Notes: generated from the letters alone by a model not told the origin. DNA of 64,000 nt from Tubulanus polymorphus (GCF_964204645.1 NC_134032.1:12202275-12266274), one strand, 5' to 3'; positions 42,961 through 55,990 are shown, counted from the stretch's first letter. A program made the numbers and translations.

Positions 42961-43239
42961 CTTTTCAGGCAGTCCGATACATCATAAATAATGCATTAAC
43001 TTACTATATATAAAAAAAGGATTAGGGAAACGGATAATGCATCGGAATTTTAGACGCGCGTTTAGATAATCAGTTTTTCAATCTAAGATCCGAACTGTAT
43101 AGTATCCACAGCAGTTGTTCCTGACGTGTAGGAGAACTCGTACAGGGTCTGGTGTTCAGACTAACCGAACCGCTGATTCGCGGTATATATCAAATTCGTG
43201 ACGGTAATGCATATCTTCTAATGCGGCACCTGATACACA

Positions 43240-44313
43240 ATGTCGAAAAATGAATCAAAGTGCGTCGAAAAACTTGAGTTATCAAGTATATTCATACAGC
43301 GAGTCACATTTCTACCCATGTCGATAACGTTCGGTATTTTCTTCAATAGTCTCAGTATTGTGATCCTGAAACGACAATCGTCGCAGCACCGGTCGCTCTT
43401 TCTGCTCGAAGCTTTGGCCGTCGCTGATATTTCTTATCTCACTGTCAAATTCTTTCGCGACGTCCTGCGTCCGTGGCTGAATATATTAGTTTACGGGGTT
43501 TCAATTCAACGCGCCGATGTTTATTATGATTCAAGTTTTATCGGGTTTTATTGGATGTATTTTGCTATGTTTATCCTCAATCGGTCTACGAAATTGACGA
43601 GGAACTGGATAACGGTTATGATAGCGACGGAGCGGGTTATAAGTCTTAGTTTCCCGCTGTTCGCGCAGGCTCACATCACCAAACCGCGCTTATTGATATG
43701 CGTTTGCTTGCAATACATTTTCTTCGCTTGCTTCGGTCTTCCTTATTTTGTGAATATAAGCCATTTATTCTATTGGTTTGATACGTGTACACAATTTTAC
43801 GTTCCAATACTGGCCCGAAGGAAATTAACTGATTTTCAGTACGGTCTTCATCATTGGGGAGAATTGATTTTAACGACACTTTTTACGAGTCTGATACCGA
43901 TTCTATTGCTTATAACCCTCAATGTCGTTCTAATATATTTGCTGAAACGAATTGGTAAAAATAGACAAAATCTTGGCACCCAAGATTCGAAGTTAAGCAA
44001 TCTCGACCGAAAAGCGACTAAAATGGCGCTCGCTATTGTCATTTTATTCATCATTTTAGAGTTTCCTTCTTCGCTTTGGGTTTATGCAGTTATGCTATTT
44101 GACTTAGGTGTACCAAGGCCGAGTAGCGATGCACTTCTGCATAAACTTATCCGTATATCATCTTTTGGGTCCGATGTGTTGACCCCGTTAGATTCGAGCG
44201 TCAATTATTTCGTATATTGTGTGACTAACGACAGATTTCGGGCTGAAGCGATAAAAATATTCAAAAGTTTTGGAAGGAAGTGCGCTGTTAAAGACGACAG
44301 AGCCGCGATCTAA
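43240..44313 (+). CDS. Intronless class A GPCR (FMRFamide/peptide-receptor-like), paralog C, 357 aa, intact
   Basis: GIFFN, LAVAD, RNWITVMIATERVISLSFPL, FIILEFP, DSSVNYFVYC..RFR. Confidence 0.93.
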   Translation: MSKNESKCVEKLELSSIFIQRVTFLPMSITFGIFFNSLSIVILKRQSSQHRSLFLLEALAVADISYLTVKFFRDVLRPWLNILVYGVSIQRADVYYDSSFIGFYWMYFAMFILNRSTKLTRNWITVMIATERVISLSFPLFAQAHITKPRLLICVCLQYIFFACFGLPYFVNISHLFYWFDTCTQFYVPILARRKLTDFQYGLHHWGELILTTLFTSLIPILLLITLNVVLIYLLKRIGKNRQNLGTQDSKLSNLDRKATKMALAIVILFIILEFPSSLWVYAVMLFDLGVPRPSSDALLHKLIRISSFGSDVLTPLDSSVNYFVYCVTNDRFRAEAIKIFKSFGRKCAVKDDRAAI

Positions 44314-44740
44314 TAAATGGTGTTTACGGGTAACCAATCTCCTTCTGGGTGACCTATCGGAAAGATGTCTGCTCAGAAAAAAAATGTGTCTGATTTTGTA
44401 TTTTGTACGTCAAGTTTTACGTCGTCATTTATCCGTAGCTCCTACTGTAATGCGACTATACAATCTCCACTGTAATGGCACTTAAAAATCTGTACCAATT
44501 GTTATTCAATTCTCCTCCAGTTGTTGGTCTCACGAAGACCTCCACCACTCGTTGCGTCCTCTGTCGTTGTTCTCACTAAATGTTGAGGATTTATGTATTA
44601 TGATTTATGTATTATATGTTCATGTATTAGAGTCCATGGTCTATTCATACACAGTCCACACCTTCGAGAGTTAATCATCGTTTATCATGAATTCAACTCG
44701 GATGCAGATCGGTCGAGCTTATAACAGTCACATTGTTATC

Positions 44741-44955
44741 ATGTCTGTTGAAAACAAGTCTGGAATCTACCGCACTGTATCACTGATTACCCTGCCTGTC
44801 ATGTTCCTGTTAGGAACCTTTGGAAATTCGGCTACTTTCCTGATAATGATAAGTCACAGATTCCGCAGTTTATCGTACGCTAACTATCTTATCATTTTGT
44901 GTATCAGTGATTCTATGTATTGCATAAATTTTACACTGATGCCCGTTTTACAGTT

Positions 44956-44957
<2 letters not shown>
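44741..44957 (+). pseudogene. Truncated class A GPCR (N-terminus, TM1-TM2 only), cut by a (TA)n tract/LINE 3' end
   Basis: MSVENKSG...LPVMFLLGTFGNSATFLIM...YLIILCISD (TM1 GN, TM2 LxxxD) runs directly into (TA)n; no continuation seen. Confidence 0.78.
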
Positions 44958-45023
<66 letters not shown>

Positions 45024-45025
<2 letters not shown>

Positions 45026-45867
45026 CGTGATAATTCATGGTAATGAATGATTAAGTAATAAATTCAGTAATTAAGTAATGGCATCACTTAACATTAACAA
45101 ACGATCTGGAGTATGTATATAACAGGAAAGATCGGAGTTAATTAAAGTGTGTTTGGGTATTATAAGAATTACCCATGAGATTAATGGTATCACACACTGC
45201 TGATCCACTTCCATTGAGTACTAAAAAGCCACATATACGTTGAAGCCTGTTTGCGCTCAAACAAACTGAACGTAAAAAATTGACAGTCCTCTGTTGGAGT
45301 TGCACATGAATTGGATTGTCATCACAAATTAAAGGCAAAAGATTTGAGTGCGTTCTGTTTGGGATATTTAAAGACTTTTCTGATGGTTTTTCTCCACGTA
45401 ACATAGAAAGATTTTACTAAGGGACTGTCCAGATTCCATGGAGTACTACCGTAAACACTCATACAGTAAGTTTTAAATAGTCTATATCTAATATATGGCT
45501 GTATGGATTTAAATTCAAAATCTACAGAATGCGCTTTAAAAATGAAATCATTGATACAGTTATCAATAGAAAGCTTTAGGGAGTTATGTCCTATGATTGA
45601 GCCTAAGTGTTTAGCATTTGGTGATAGTTTTAACTTTTGACCTTGGAAATCAATCGTTGGAATAAGATTTTTACAGGGATCATTATCACATGGGAAATAT
45701 ACGAATTCTGATTTACTGCGATTAAAGGCAGCATTATAGTCTTTTGCAAACTTTTCGCAAATTTTTAACAGTTGTGTCATTGCTGTTCTACTGGGCGCAA
45801 GTAAAATTAAATCATCGGCATATCCAAACGCACAAAAAAACTCTCTGGCTATATGACAACCAAGACC
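45024..45867 (-). mobile_element. Non-LTR retrotransposon (LINE) 3' part: RT catalytic region and C-terminus with (TA)n at the tail
   Basis: GLGCHIAREFFCAFGYADDLILLAPS...KHLG...LFKTYCMSVYGS; frameshifted tail. Confidence 0.88.
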
Positions 45868-46155
45868 TCGACGTATCGGCCCCACTCCGCGCGGTTGCGC
45901 CACCGCGCGGGATTTACGCGAAGCAGCAGAACACAAACACGGCCTGCACTCTCTCAATTTTCAATGATAGAAAGATTAGATTTAAATTTATTGCTCCAGA
46001 AAATTGTACATTTTTTGCGAGCACAGGATACATACAAAATAAACAGTTTGTAGTTATACAATAACAGTTGCTAGTCATACAATAACTAGTTATATTTACA
46101 ATTGAAAAGTTATTTTGAAAAGTTCGTGTATACCAGGAACAGCGATGAGGTGAGG

Positions 46156-47010
46156 CTAGATGAGGCTATGTGCCTTTTTTATAAAAACTGCAAGATTCCT
46201 TAGGACGTTTGGGTTTTCTGACGTAAAAAGGTTCATAAATTTTCTTATATTAGGAAACGTTACTATTTGTTGCGGTATGTACCGACTTCTTAAACTTTCG
46301 AAAAAAGTACACTCCATTATAAAATGGTATTCGTCGCCGATTTGCCCTAGGTTACATTTGGTACAAAGTCGTTCATTTCGGGGGATATTTTCATATCTTC
46401 TTGTTTCAATCGGTAGATTATGATTAGAGCAACGAAACCGTATTACATTTGTCCTGAGGTCAAATGGTAGTGCTAATGAACATACTTCCCGCCCCCAATT
46501 CGGCTTAATAATTCTATAGGTATCTAGTTTTGTTGAAGCTGCGATAGTCTGGTGCCATTTCTGTTTGAATTGATCTTGTAAACATAATTTAACAGTTTCT
46601 GATAAATACCGGATATTCGGGAAAGATTGTTCGTACCAAATGTAACCTAGACCACAGTTTTCTAAGATAGACTGAATACAAGTGATCCATTTACTGGTCT
46701 TACCATTTACATGATTTTTTATTAGGATACGATACATTTTACTAGAATGAGTGTTGCTCTCTGTGATCAGATGTCCCCAAAACTTAACCATTCTGACTTT
46801 TATTTGTATTTCAAAAGGAAAACGACCTAATTCTCCATAAACCATAGCATTTGGAGTTGCACGTTTCAATTTCAATAAGTATTTGCAGAACATTAGGTGT
46901 ATTTTCTCGATTGCATCTAAGTTCGAGAAACCCCATATTTCACTACCAAAGGTAAGGATCGATCCCACCATTGCATCAAAAATTTTAAATGCAATGTCTA
47001 TAGTTAGGGA
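46156..47010 (-). mobile_element. Second, different LINE fragment (post-RT C-terminal domain) nested in the first
   Basis: 271-aa ORF GSEIWG...MVYGELGRFP...RCSNHNLPIE...ERLCTKC...GDEYHFIMEC (CCHC), typical of a LINE ORF2 C-terminus. Confidence 0.88.
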
Positions 47011-47556
47011 AATCGTGTGTGCATTTCAATTATTTCGGCTGTTAGGGTTTTAAGGCACAATATAAGTTGATGATGTGATATGGCGATGTTAATTAATGAT
47101 AATTCCGCATTGAAGCTTGTCACGAACGGTGCCGATTGAATGTACAGCTGCCAAAAACACTGAAATGTGCGTAGTTGCGTAACGATTTGCAGTAAATTGC
47201 AGACGAAACATGAAGCCTTAACGGCCGTTTAAAAAAAAATTATACCAATCGCAATTGCAAAATAAAAATGAGATAGAACCTAAGTTAAAATTCTGGCCAT
47301 TTCTAAAATGTTATTAATTATTATTACTAATTTTTAGTCAGTGCGGAACGTTTACTTTTCCAACAATAATGAGGGGTGGTAGGTAGTCATGCAATTCAAG
47401 TCATTATTTATTACACGTTACTTCCGTGTTGTTGAAAATCTCGCGAGTCCTGGACTAAACCCCAATGAACAATGCCACAAATGCACTACACTACCCATTA
47501 CACACTCCAGTACCCACAGCTTTCATATATCCATCTAAATATTTAGTGACTTTCTT

Positions 47557-48060
47557 CCTGGATTACGTAACTTAATAAGTAAGTGATCAATGTAAACGGT
47601 AAAAAGTAAAGGAGAAATCACCCCCCCCCCCTTGTTTTACTCCATTCATAATAGAAAATTCCACAGAGAACGACTGGTTCCATCATGACTTGTTTCCGAT
47701 AAGAACTGAAAATTAATTTAACCATTCTAGGACACATTCCTCGTTTCAATAGTGTATTGAAAAGAGTTTGATAATGAACACGGTCGAAAGCACGACTTTC
47801 GTCCAGTAGAACCGCATAAACATTAGATCTTCATCTATTATAGTAATTGATTACTTCATTAACGATAAACGTGCATTTAGTTGTGGAGTGACCACTTTTG
47901 AATCCAAATTGCATATTACTAGTTTGGAGGCTTCTGTTACATTTGTTTATGATTATCCAGTCGAGTAATTTACTAAGCGGACTGTTTAAAGCAATAGCAC
48001 GATAATTATCAGAGTTACGATGAGATATACGTTTATCTTTAACTATGGGATTGACCGTTA
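47557..48060 (-). mobile_element. Same LINE, N-terminal RT part (degenerate)
   Basis: SDNYRAIALNSPLSKLLD, QFGFKSGHST, LLDESRAFDR, GVKQGGVISPLLFTVYIDHLL, with stops and frameshifts. Confidence 0.88.
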
Positions 48061-48612
48061 CCAGAGAGCGATACGAGCGAGCACACGTAGCGATCAAACC
48101 GAAATTCGGTCAACTGGCACTTAGTGTGGAAAAGTTTTCAAAAATCTCATGATACTAACGATACATCCGATTGGTTGATAAAAATGGATCGCTCGGCGGA
48201 ATTCGCCGATCGCGGGCAGACGAGCGAATTTGCGGGCGATCCGATCGCCGGCGTAAATAATCGGCCGAAAATATTAAACATGTTTGACACGGGCGATTCG
48301 CCGGGATCGTCGTCGCCGCGAGTCGCGAATTTTTCAAGCGATTTGTAAATTCGCCGCGATCGGGCAAAAAAATACGATCGTGTGCCCCTACGTTTAAGTC
48401 ACATTAATCCAGAACCATGAAACTGGATCCAATTCAGTTGCAGGGCTTTGAAATTCTATTGGAAGATTCCCCTAGGTTCGATCCTGATATGTTGCTACTG
48501 ATTATCAGTACTCTGCGTGATGCTGTATAGAGGTGCCATGGGTTCGAAGCCGGTGGAGATACTGAAAGAGAATATGCTCAAGTCAAGCTCATTACCATTG
48601 GTCTCGACAGTC

Positions 48613-48746
48613 AAGTGCTGCCGCTATCCATATCGTTGACGGTGAATATGTGAACTAACGTATTACTCGCATGCCACAGTGGAAATATCTTGCAGTCGAG
48701 TTAGTTCCCGTATTTACCGTCATTGATATGTATAGGGGCAGCACTT
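48613..48746. mobile_element. 134-bp hairpin MITE; copies at about 52095-52228 and 54193-54326
   Basis: AAGTGCTGCC(G/C)CTAT...ATAG(G/A)GGCAGCACTT, with arms complementary over about 45 bp. Confidence 0.7.
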
Positions 48747-49868
48747 GGCGGTTAAGATTTTACAGAAATGATATTCCTTTTCAAATCTTAAAATAGGGAT
48801 TGACCCTGTTATCTATTTGATTGATAGATTTCGTTTGATTTGTTTAGAATTGGTGTCCCTTACAGACCCACCATACCATCGGGGTCGAAACATTCTTACT
48901 GTGGCATGCGATGTAAAATGCTATTTTCCACAAAAATCACGAAAAAACGCCATTTCCTTTGAAATGCACTATTTAAACGACGCTAATGTTTCATTCAAAA
49001 TAAATCAGTTTTTCAAAATGAATTTCATGCGACTGTCTTTAAAACTCCTTCGCAGAGGAAGAACAGCAGCAAGTAAATGAATATGTAGTTTTAAGGAGAA
49101 GAAACTGCGGTTTGTTAGGCCTGATCCGAATACGGATTAACGGGTTCCGCTCAGACAAGTACGGTAAAGCAATGCGGCCAAAAACATTTTATTTTGAGTT
49201 TAAAAAGCCGACTTCTCGAGTAAATAAATCGACTTGGTTGGTTGGCCGCATTGCTCATCCGTAGACAAGGCCTTGTTATGTAGTAGTCATAGTTTTTGAT
49301 GGATGTTTTATTTATTATTAATAGCAACTAAGGTTCTAACATTAATCAAAACATCGTCAAACAAGCAAGTTTCAAACCGTACATATATCAAAACTACTGT
49401 TTCTCGCGATCGATTCTGGATTATAGCTACGATCAATATTGTTGCTCGTAGAGATTTTAGTAAATTGTTCGTTCGCTTTAGCGACTGTCGCAGACGCCTG
49501 AGGCTGTCGCCTTTGAAATAACCGTATATAAACTACTGTCGATCCAAGCTATAATTTTCCTTTACAAAATTGCGATGAACCTTTCTAAGAATCAATCTTG
49601 ATGCCTTGTAGATTTTAGTATCTATAGTTTACGCAGAAGTCCTGGTGTGCCAGGTGACATCATCCATACACGTATGAAATGTAGCATGTGTACCGATACA
49701 AAATGTTGTTTCATTTTAGTTTCGTACTGAGACATGAGCTTTACAGCAACGGAACGCTAAGATTTGTGCCATAACAATGGGAACCAAAAATACACATAAC
49801 TATTCTGTACATCCGTGCGGGCTAGCCAGATTCTAGTTTTCTTTTCTTTACTAATAATTGAAATCGTA

Positions 49869-50906
49869 ATGAAGTCGAACGTAGTTGCGACCGTTAACCG
49901 AACTGACGCCGAAATGGCCTGTTACCGACCGATCGGCAACTACAAAACTGCTATGATCATATTACGGGCAGTATTGTGTCTTACTGGACTTGTCGCGAAT
50001 CCGCTGGCTTTTCTAGTTCTCAGTGTTATGAAATATCGTAGTAGCAGCATTTTCTTTCTGCGCATGTTAGCAGCAGCGGATACGGTCAACTGCCTGACGT
50101 CGCTGACCAGCAGGGAACTGATAATCAAACATTATCCGTTTAAATTCTTAAAATATGGCTATCACTTTAAGATTTATTATTTGCATGTTTTTCATTTTGT
50201 GGATGCTTTTTTTCAAATGACTGTAACCACAAGTTCATGGTTTCTATTCGCTCTGAATTTCGAGCGCTATATCGCTATTCGCTTTCCGTTACTGGCGAAA
50301 AAAATTTGCACGATCGATAATTCTAAACGTGTTTCGTGTTGTATTTGGATTTTGACGTTCTTCTTCGATATACCGTCCGCCTGGGACTTAACTATGATTG
50401 TCAAACGCGCCGGGCATCCCTGCGCCACCCCGGGACATGAGCAGTACCTTTTAAAAAACAAAAACTATGCTTTTTTCTATGATTTCATATTCGGTAAAGT
50501 CGTCCTACAATTCATCCCGGGTATTTTTCTGTTACTGTGTAATTTGCACATGTTCTGGTTGATTCGGGTGGCGATTTTAAATCGACGAAAACTGGCGGCG
50601 CGAAAAGACACCTCGACATCGTCGGAAGAGGGTACCTTCAGCAAACAAGGTTTACAAATGACAGTTACAATAATGACTTTATCTTCATTCTATTGTTTTC
50701 AATATTTGATGGCGTTAATAAATACACTAATGCCGGCTCTAGGAACGATGCTCGGCCGGACAATGTATCGCCCCTACCAATCGGGAAGGTTATTAGGTAC
50801 AATCAATTCGATGATCAATTTATTTGTATATTTGGGGGTTCGTTCCGGATTTGGATCGACTCTCGTTTGGTGTTTGAGTTGTAGATCTTTCGGCAGACGA
50901 TATTGA
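49869..50906 (+). CDS. Intronless class A GPCR, paralog B2, intact
   Basis: First ATG at 49869 (MKSNVVATVNRT, N-glycosylation sequon); GLVANP, LAAAD, NFERYIAIRFPL, NSMINLFVY. Confidence 0.92.
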   Translation: MKSNVVATVNRTDAEMACYRPIGNYKTAMIILRAVLCLTGLVANPLAFLVLSVMKYRSSSIFFLRMLAAADTVNCLTSLTSRELIIKHYPFKFLKYGYHFKIYYLHVFHFVDAFFQMTVTTSSWFLFALNFERYIAIRFPLLAKKICTIDNSKRVSCCIWILTFFFDIPSAWDLTMIVKRAGHPCATPGHEQYLLKNKNYAFFYDFIFGKVVLQFIPGIFLLLCNLHMFWLIRVAILNRRKLAARKDTSTSSEEGTFSKQGLQMTVTIMTLSSFYCFQYLMALINTLMPALGTMLGRTMYRPYQSGRLLGTINSMINLFVYLGVRSGFGSTLVWCLSCRSFGRRY

Positions 50907-51185
50907 AAAAAATCTCAATTTCTATAAAAGCCATGACAGCTCCGTGTTAAGCAGTGAACCGCATCCAATGTGAACAAAACGAATTATTTCAATTTTCGAT
51001 TTTAAACTTTTTAATTTCGTCATTTAAGAAAGAAAGCTTTTTCCAAAAACAATAGCTAGACATAGGATCACAGCATTCACTTCACTATGATCTGATAGTT
51101 TAGGGCCAGGTTCCATATAATAGTTCGAAACATTGAAATTAGCTTATGTGGAACTAAATCCGGAGTTCAATTAAACAAATGGGGT

Positions 51186-54100
51186 TAACGACTAAGAATG
51201 TCAACTCTCGAGTCATTTATATTAACGAAGAACCGGGTCGAACTAAAACAGAAGCAAATCACACAGTTGACCCTAGAGTTCAATAAGTCCCTATCGTGAT
51301 TTCTATGGGAAAGTCCCGAGTGTCCAGCGCGCTCGAACGAAGAAAGAAAAGTAAACGAAGATAATTTCATCCAGTCGTTAAATGTCAGTCATTTTTATTT
51401 TTTAAGGGCCACATAAAGCATCATCATATGTTGTTTGTCATTATTTTATTCACCTCCGAAGACATCATCATTGTTTCAATTACCGTGAGGAGAACACAAT
51501 TATATAATCATCGCTAATCCAACATTCGTCGAATGAGAGAAAGAATCTTTTATAACAAACAGTTTATTTTTCTATAAATTGTTTTGATTGAGTTGAATTA
51601 ATAAATGTGGTCCTGATACTGAATAGATGAAAACCAGGGGTGTCCCAGGTACGAAACTGGTCTATTGATACTGATGTCGGTGGTCCTGATACTGTATAGA
51701 TGATAACCAGGATTGCCCCATATGAAAATGTGTACCGAATCTACACAAAGCATGTATTGTGAATTTAGTTCAGTGAAAATCCGACAGAGGGGGTACAGTA
51801 TTGATATATCCTTTAGACCGCAGTAGGTATCACAAAAACCTCCCGAAATCGCAATAAACAATGTTTTGAATTAATCTACGTATTAAAAATATATTCAAAT
51901 TACTTGCAAATTAGTGAATTAGGCAACGTAATTATTTGTCTAACGTTATTGAACTTATTTAGAAACGACTGTACTACAGAAATTCCACACCAGAAACTCG
52001 TCAAACTGGTATCAGAAAATAAACCAGTCGTTCCTAAATAAGTTCAAATACGTTAGACAAATAATTATGTTGCCTAATTGATTAAATCACGAGTAAGTGC
52101 TGCCCCTATGCATATCGTTGACGGCGAATATGTGAACTAACTTAATACTCGCATGCCACAGTGGAAATACCTTGCAATCGAGTTAGTTCTCGTATTTACC
52201 GCTACTGATATATATAGAGGCAGCACTTGACGGTCGAGACCTGACACGTTTGGCAATGGCTTGACTTAACTGTTACTGAAATATTACTGAAAATGAATAA
52301 CTTATATCGCAATTTGTTTAACTCTTATTCAAACCAGAGAGCATGTGGTCGAAAAATAGGTCAGAACTCATATTCTCCCTCTGCATCTTGCCCAGGTTCG
52401 AACCCAGGGCACCCCTATTGACCCTTCATTCAGCATCATGCACAGCACTGATAATCAATGACAATATACCAGGATCGAACTAATAGGCATTTTCAAATAA
52501 AGTTGGAAAACCCTGCATGTCTCCTGAGGGGCTGATTAGTAGACTTGGACCCGGTTTCATAGTTCTGGATTAGATTTGACCCTTAATTGAGTAAAGATGT
52601 GACTAAACGACAAAGAATGTAAACTTTTGAGTCAAATATCAACGAAGAACCTGGTCAAACTAAAACAGAAGCAAATCACACAGTTGACCCTAGAGTTCAA
52701 TAAGTTCCTATCGTGATTTCTATGGGAGTGTCCCGAGTGTCCAGCGCGCTCGAACGAAGAAAGAAAAGTAAACGAAGATAATTTCATCCAGTCGTTAAAT
52801 GTCAGTCATTTTTATTTTTTAAGGGCCACATAAAGCATCATCATATGTTGTTTTTCATTATTTTATTCACCTCCGAAGACATCATCATTTTTTCAATTAC
52901 TGAGAGGAGAACACAATTATATAATCATCGCTAATCCAACATTCGTCGAATGAGAGAAAGAATCTTTTATAACAAACAGTTTTTTATTTTTCTATCAATT
53001 GTTTTGATTGAGTTGAATTAATAAATGTGGTCCTGATACTGAATAGATGAAAACCAGGGGTGTCCCAGGTACGAAACTGGTCTATTGGTACTGATGTCGG
53101 TGGTCCTGATACTGTATAGATGATAACCAGGATTGCCCCATATGAAAATGTGTACCGAATCTACACAAAGCATGTATTGTGAATTTAGTTCAGTGAAAAT
53201 CCGACAGAGGGGGTACAGATTCGATATATCCTTTAGACCGCAATAGGTATCACATAAACCTCCCGAAATCGCAATAAACAATGTTTTGAATTAATCTACG
53301 TATTAAAAATGTATTCAAATTACTTGCAAATTAGTGAATTAGGCAACGTAATTATTTGTCTAACGTTATTGAACTTATTTAGAAACGACTGTACTACAGA
53401 AATTCCACACCAGAAACTCGTCAAACTGGTATCAGAAAATAAACCAGTCGTTCCTAAATAAGTTCAAATACGTTAGACAAATAATTACGTTGCCTAATTA
53501 ATTAAATTACGAGTAATTTGAATATGTTTTGAATTAACTAACGTTTTTGGAACACTGTATATTTTCATTTCGGGAGGTTTTTGTAATTTTTTCTAGGGTC
53601 TAAAGGGCATTTCGATGCTTTACCCACTCTGGTGGATTTTCACTGAACTAAAATCACAATAGATCCTTTGAAAAGAATTCATAGAAATTTCCATACAGTA
53701 TCCCGTACAGTATATTAACCTTATTAACTAATTCACGAGTAATTTGAACAGGTTTTCTATTCATAGATTTATTTGAAACACTGTGCAATTTTCACTTCTA
53801 CCAAGTCAGTTATCCCATACCTCTATCCCGTTTAATTCATGTAAATCACCCGAAGATCCGACACTCTGGATGATAAAGAAGCAACGAATTCGGAAAATCT
53901 TTTATTCGGCTGGTGAGATACTGATTACAAGGTTATTATCAAATTTAGATTCAAACCCGGGCCCTTCGGATGTGACCGCACAGAATTCAAACCCGGGACC
54001 TTCGTACCGTTCTGTAAGAAGTGGCTTGAAAATCATTTTGAAAAAAAAAACTGGTTTATATCAAATGAAGCATTGGCATCGTTTAAATTGGGCATTTCGA

Positions 54101-55090
54101 ATGAAATGGCATTTTTAATCTTGATTTTAGTGGAAAAAATATGTCACGTCGCATGCCACAGTAAGAATATCGTCCTGTGAAATCTTAACCTCAAGTGCTG
54201 CCCCTATGCATATCGTTGACGGCGAATATGTGAACTAACTTAATACTCGCATGCCACAGTGGAAATACCTCGCAGTCGAGTTAGTTCTCGTATTTACCGC
54301 TACTGATATATATAGAGGCAGCACTTGACGGTCGAGACCTGACACGTTTGGCAATGGGCTTGACTTGACTGTTACTGAAATATTAGTGAAAATAAATAAC
54401 TTATAACTTATATGGCAATTTGTTTAACTCTTATTCCAACCAGAGAGCATGTGGTCGAAAAATAGGTCCGAACTCATATTCTCCTTCTGCATCTTGCCCA
54501 GGTTCGAACCCAGGGCACCCCTATTGATCCTTCATCCAGCATCACGCAGAGCACGGATAATCAATGACAATATACCAGGATCGAACTAATAGGCATTTTC
54601 AAATAAAGTTTGAAAACCTTGCATGTCTCCTGAGGGGCTGATTAGTAGACTTGGACCCGGTTTCATAGTTCTGGATTAGGTTTGACCCTTAATTGAGTAA
54701 AGATGTGACTAAACGACAAAGAATGTCAACTCTCGAGTCAAATATCAACGAAGAACCTGGTCAAACTAAAACAGAAGCAAATTACACAGTTGACCTTAGA
54801 GTTCAATAAATTCATCGTGATTTCTATGGGAGTGTCCCGAGTGTCCAGCGCGCTCGAACGAAGAAAGAAAAGTAAACGAAGATAATTTCATCCAGTCGTT
54901 AAATGTCAGTCATTTTTATTTTTTAAGGGCCACATAAAGCATCATCATATGTTGTTTTTCATTATTTTATTCACCTCCGAAGACATCATCATTTTTTCAA
55001 TTACTGAGAGGAGAACACAATTATATAATCATCGCTTATCCAACATTCGTCGAATGAGAGAAAGAATCTTTTATAACAAACAGTTTTTTA
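51186..55090. repeat. Recent local tandem duplication/triplication (block X at about 51186, 52605, 54715; block E at about 51580, 53000; block Y at about 52095, 54193)
   Basis: Near-identical blocks; ORFs 51598..51861 and 53018..53281 are duplicates 1420 bp apart. Confidence 0.92.
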
Positions 55091-55349
55091 TTTATTAATT
55101 AGATAGAGAGATGGAGAATCGTGTAATAATTATAATTATAATTAATTATTATCGTTATTATTTTCATCAATAATATTATTGTTAGTTGATAATGATTATT
55201 ATTAAATATTTTCAATAATATATACAATATTGGCCAATCAGTCGCCGCAGGAATAAAATCGTAAATAAAACAATTATAATATTTATTGTTATTTATAGTA
55301 ATATCTAATTTACCAATATTTTCGATGATAATAATATTCATTATTATTA

Positions 55350-55390
<41 letters not shown>

Positions 55391-55629
55391 AATAGCATAT
55401 CATTTTTATTACATATTTTCAATAATGTTAATATAACATTGATAATTATTATCACAATTAATCAATAATTCATTATAATAATAATTGTTATTATCATCAT
55501 AATCATAATTATCAATATTACATTAATTGTAATAGGAATACAAATATTTTACAATCAATTCATTCATGTATTCAATCAATAGTAGGTGAGAGCTGTTAAG
55601 GTATTCATTAGCCTGTTATTCGCCAAGGA

Positions 55630-55990
55630 GTGGTCAGCATTATTTCCTGTGAAGCTGTCAGTGTAATTTTCCCCAAAGAGCAGTCATTGGAATAACCTAT
55701 CAGTGTAATTTCCCTAAACCTGTCAGTGTAATTTCAAAAGGAGCCACCAAGTGTAATTTCCCAAGGAGCCGTCAAGTGTAATTTCCCAAGGAACTGTTGG
55801 CGTAATTTTCTAAGAAGCTGTCAAAGAATTACCCCCAAGGGGCTATCAGTGTAATTTCCCCTAGAAGCTGTCAGTAAAATTTGCCAAAGAGCTGTCAGTG
55901 AGTTTTCCCAAGCAGCTGTCAGTGTGATCCACCAATGAGCTGTCAGAGTTACTTCCCGAGAAGCTGGCAAGGGTATTTCCTGAACAGCTC
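55630..55990. repeat. Degenerate ~25-bp tandem repeat (GAGCTGTCAGTGTAATTTCCC)
   Basis: More than 10 imperfect units. Confidence 0.75.

Noticed and set aside
51598-53281. Duplicated 87-aa ORFs
   Set aside because: Lie within a duplicated inverted-repeat element, start at a non-ATG codon, and have no recognisable domain.
55099-55468. Poly-Ile hydrophobic ORFs
   Set aside because: (ATT)n low-complexity DNA.
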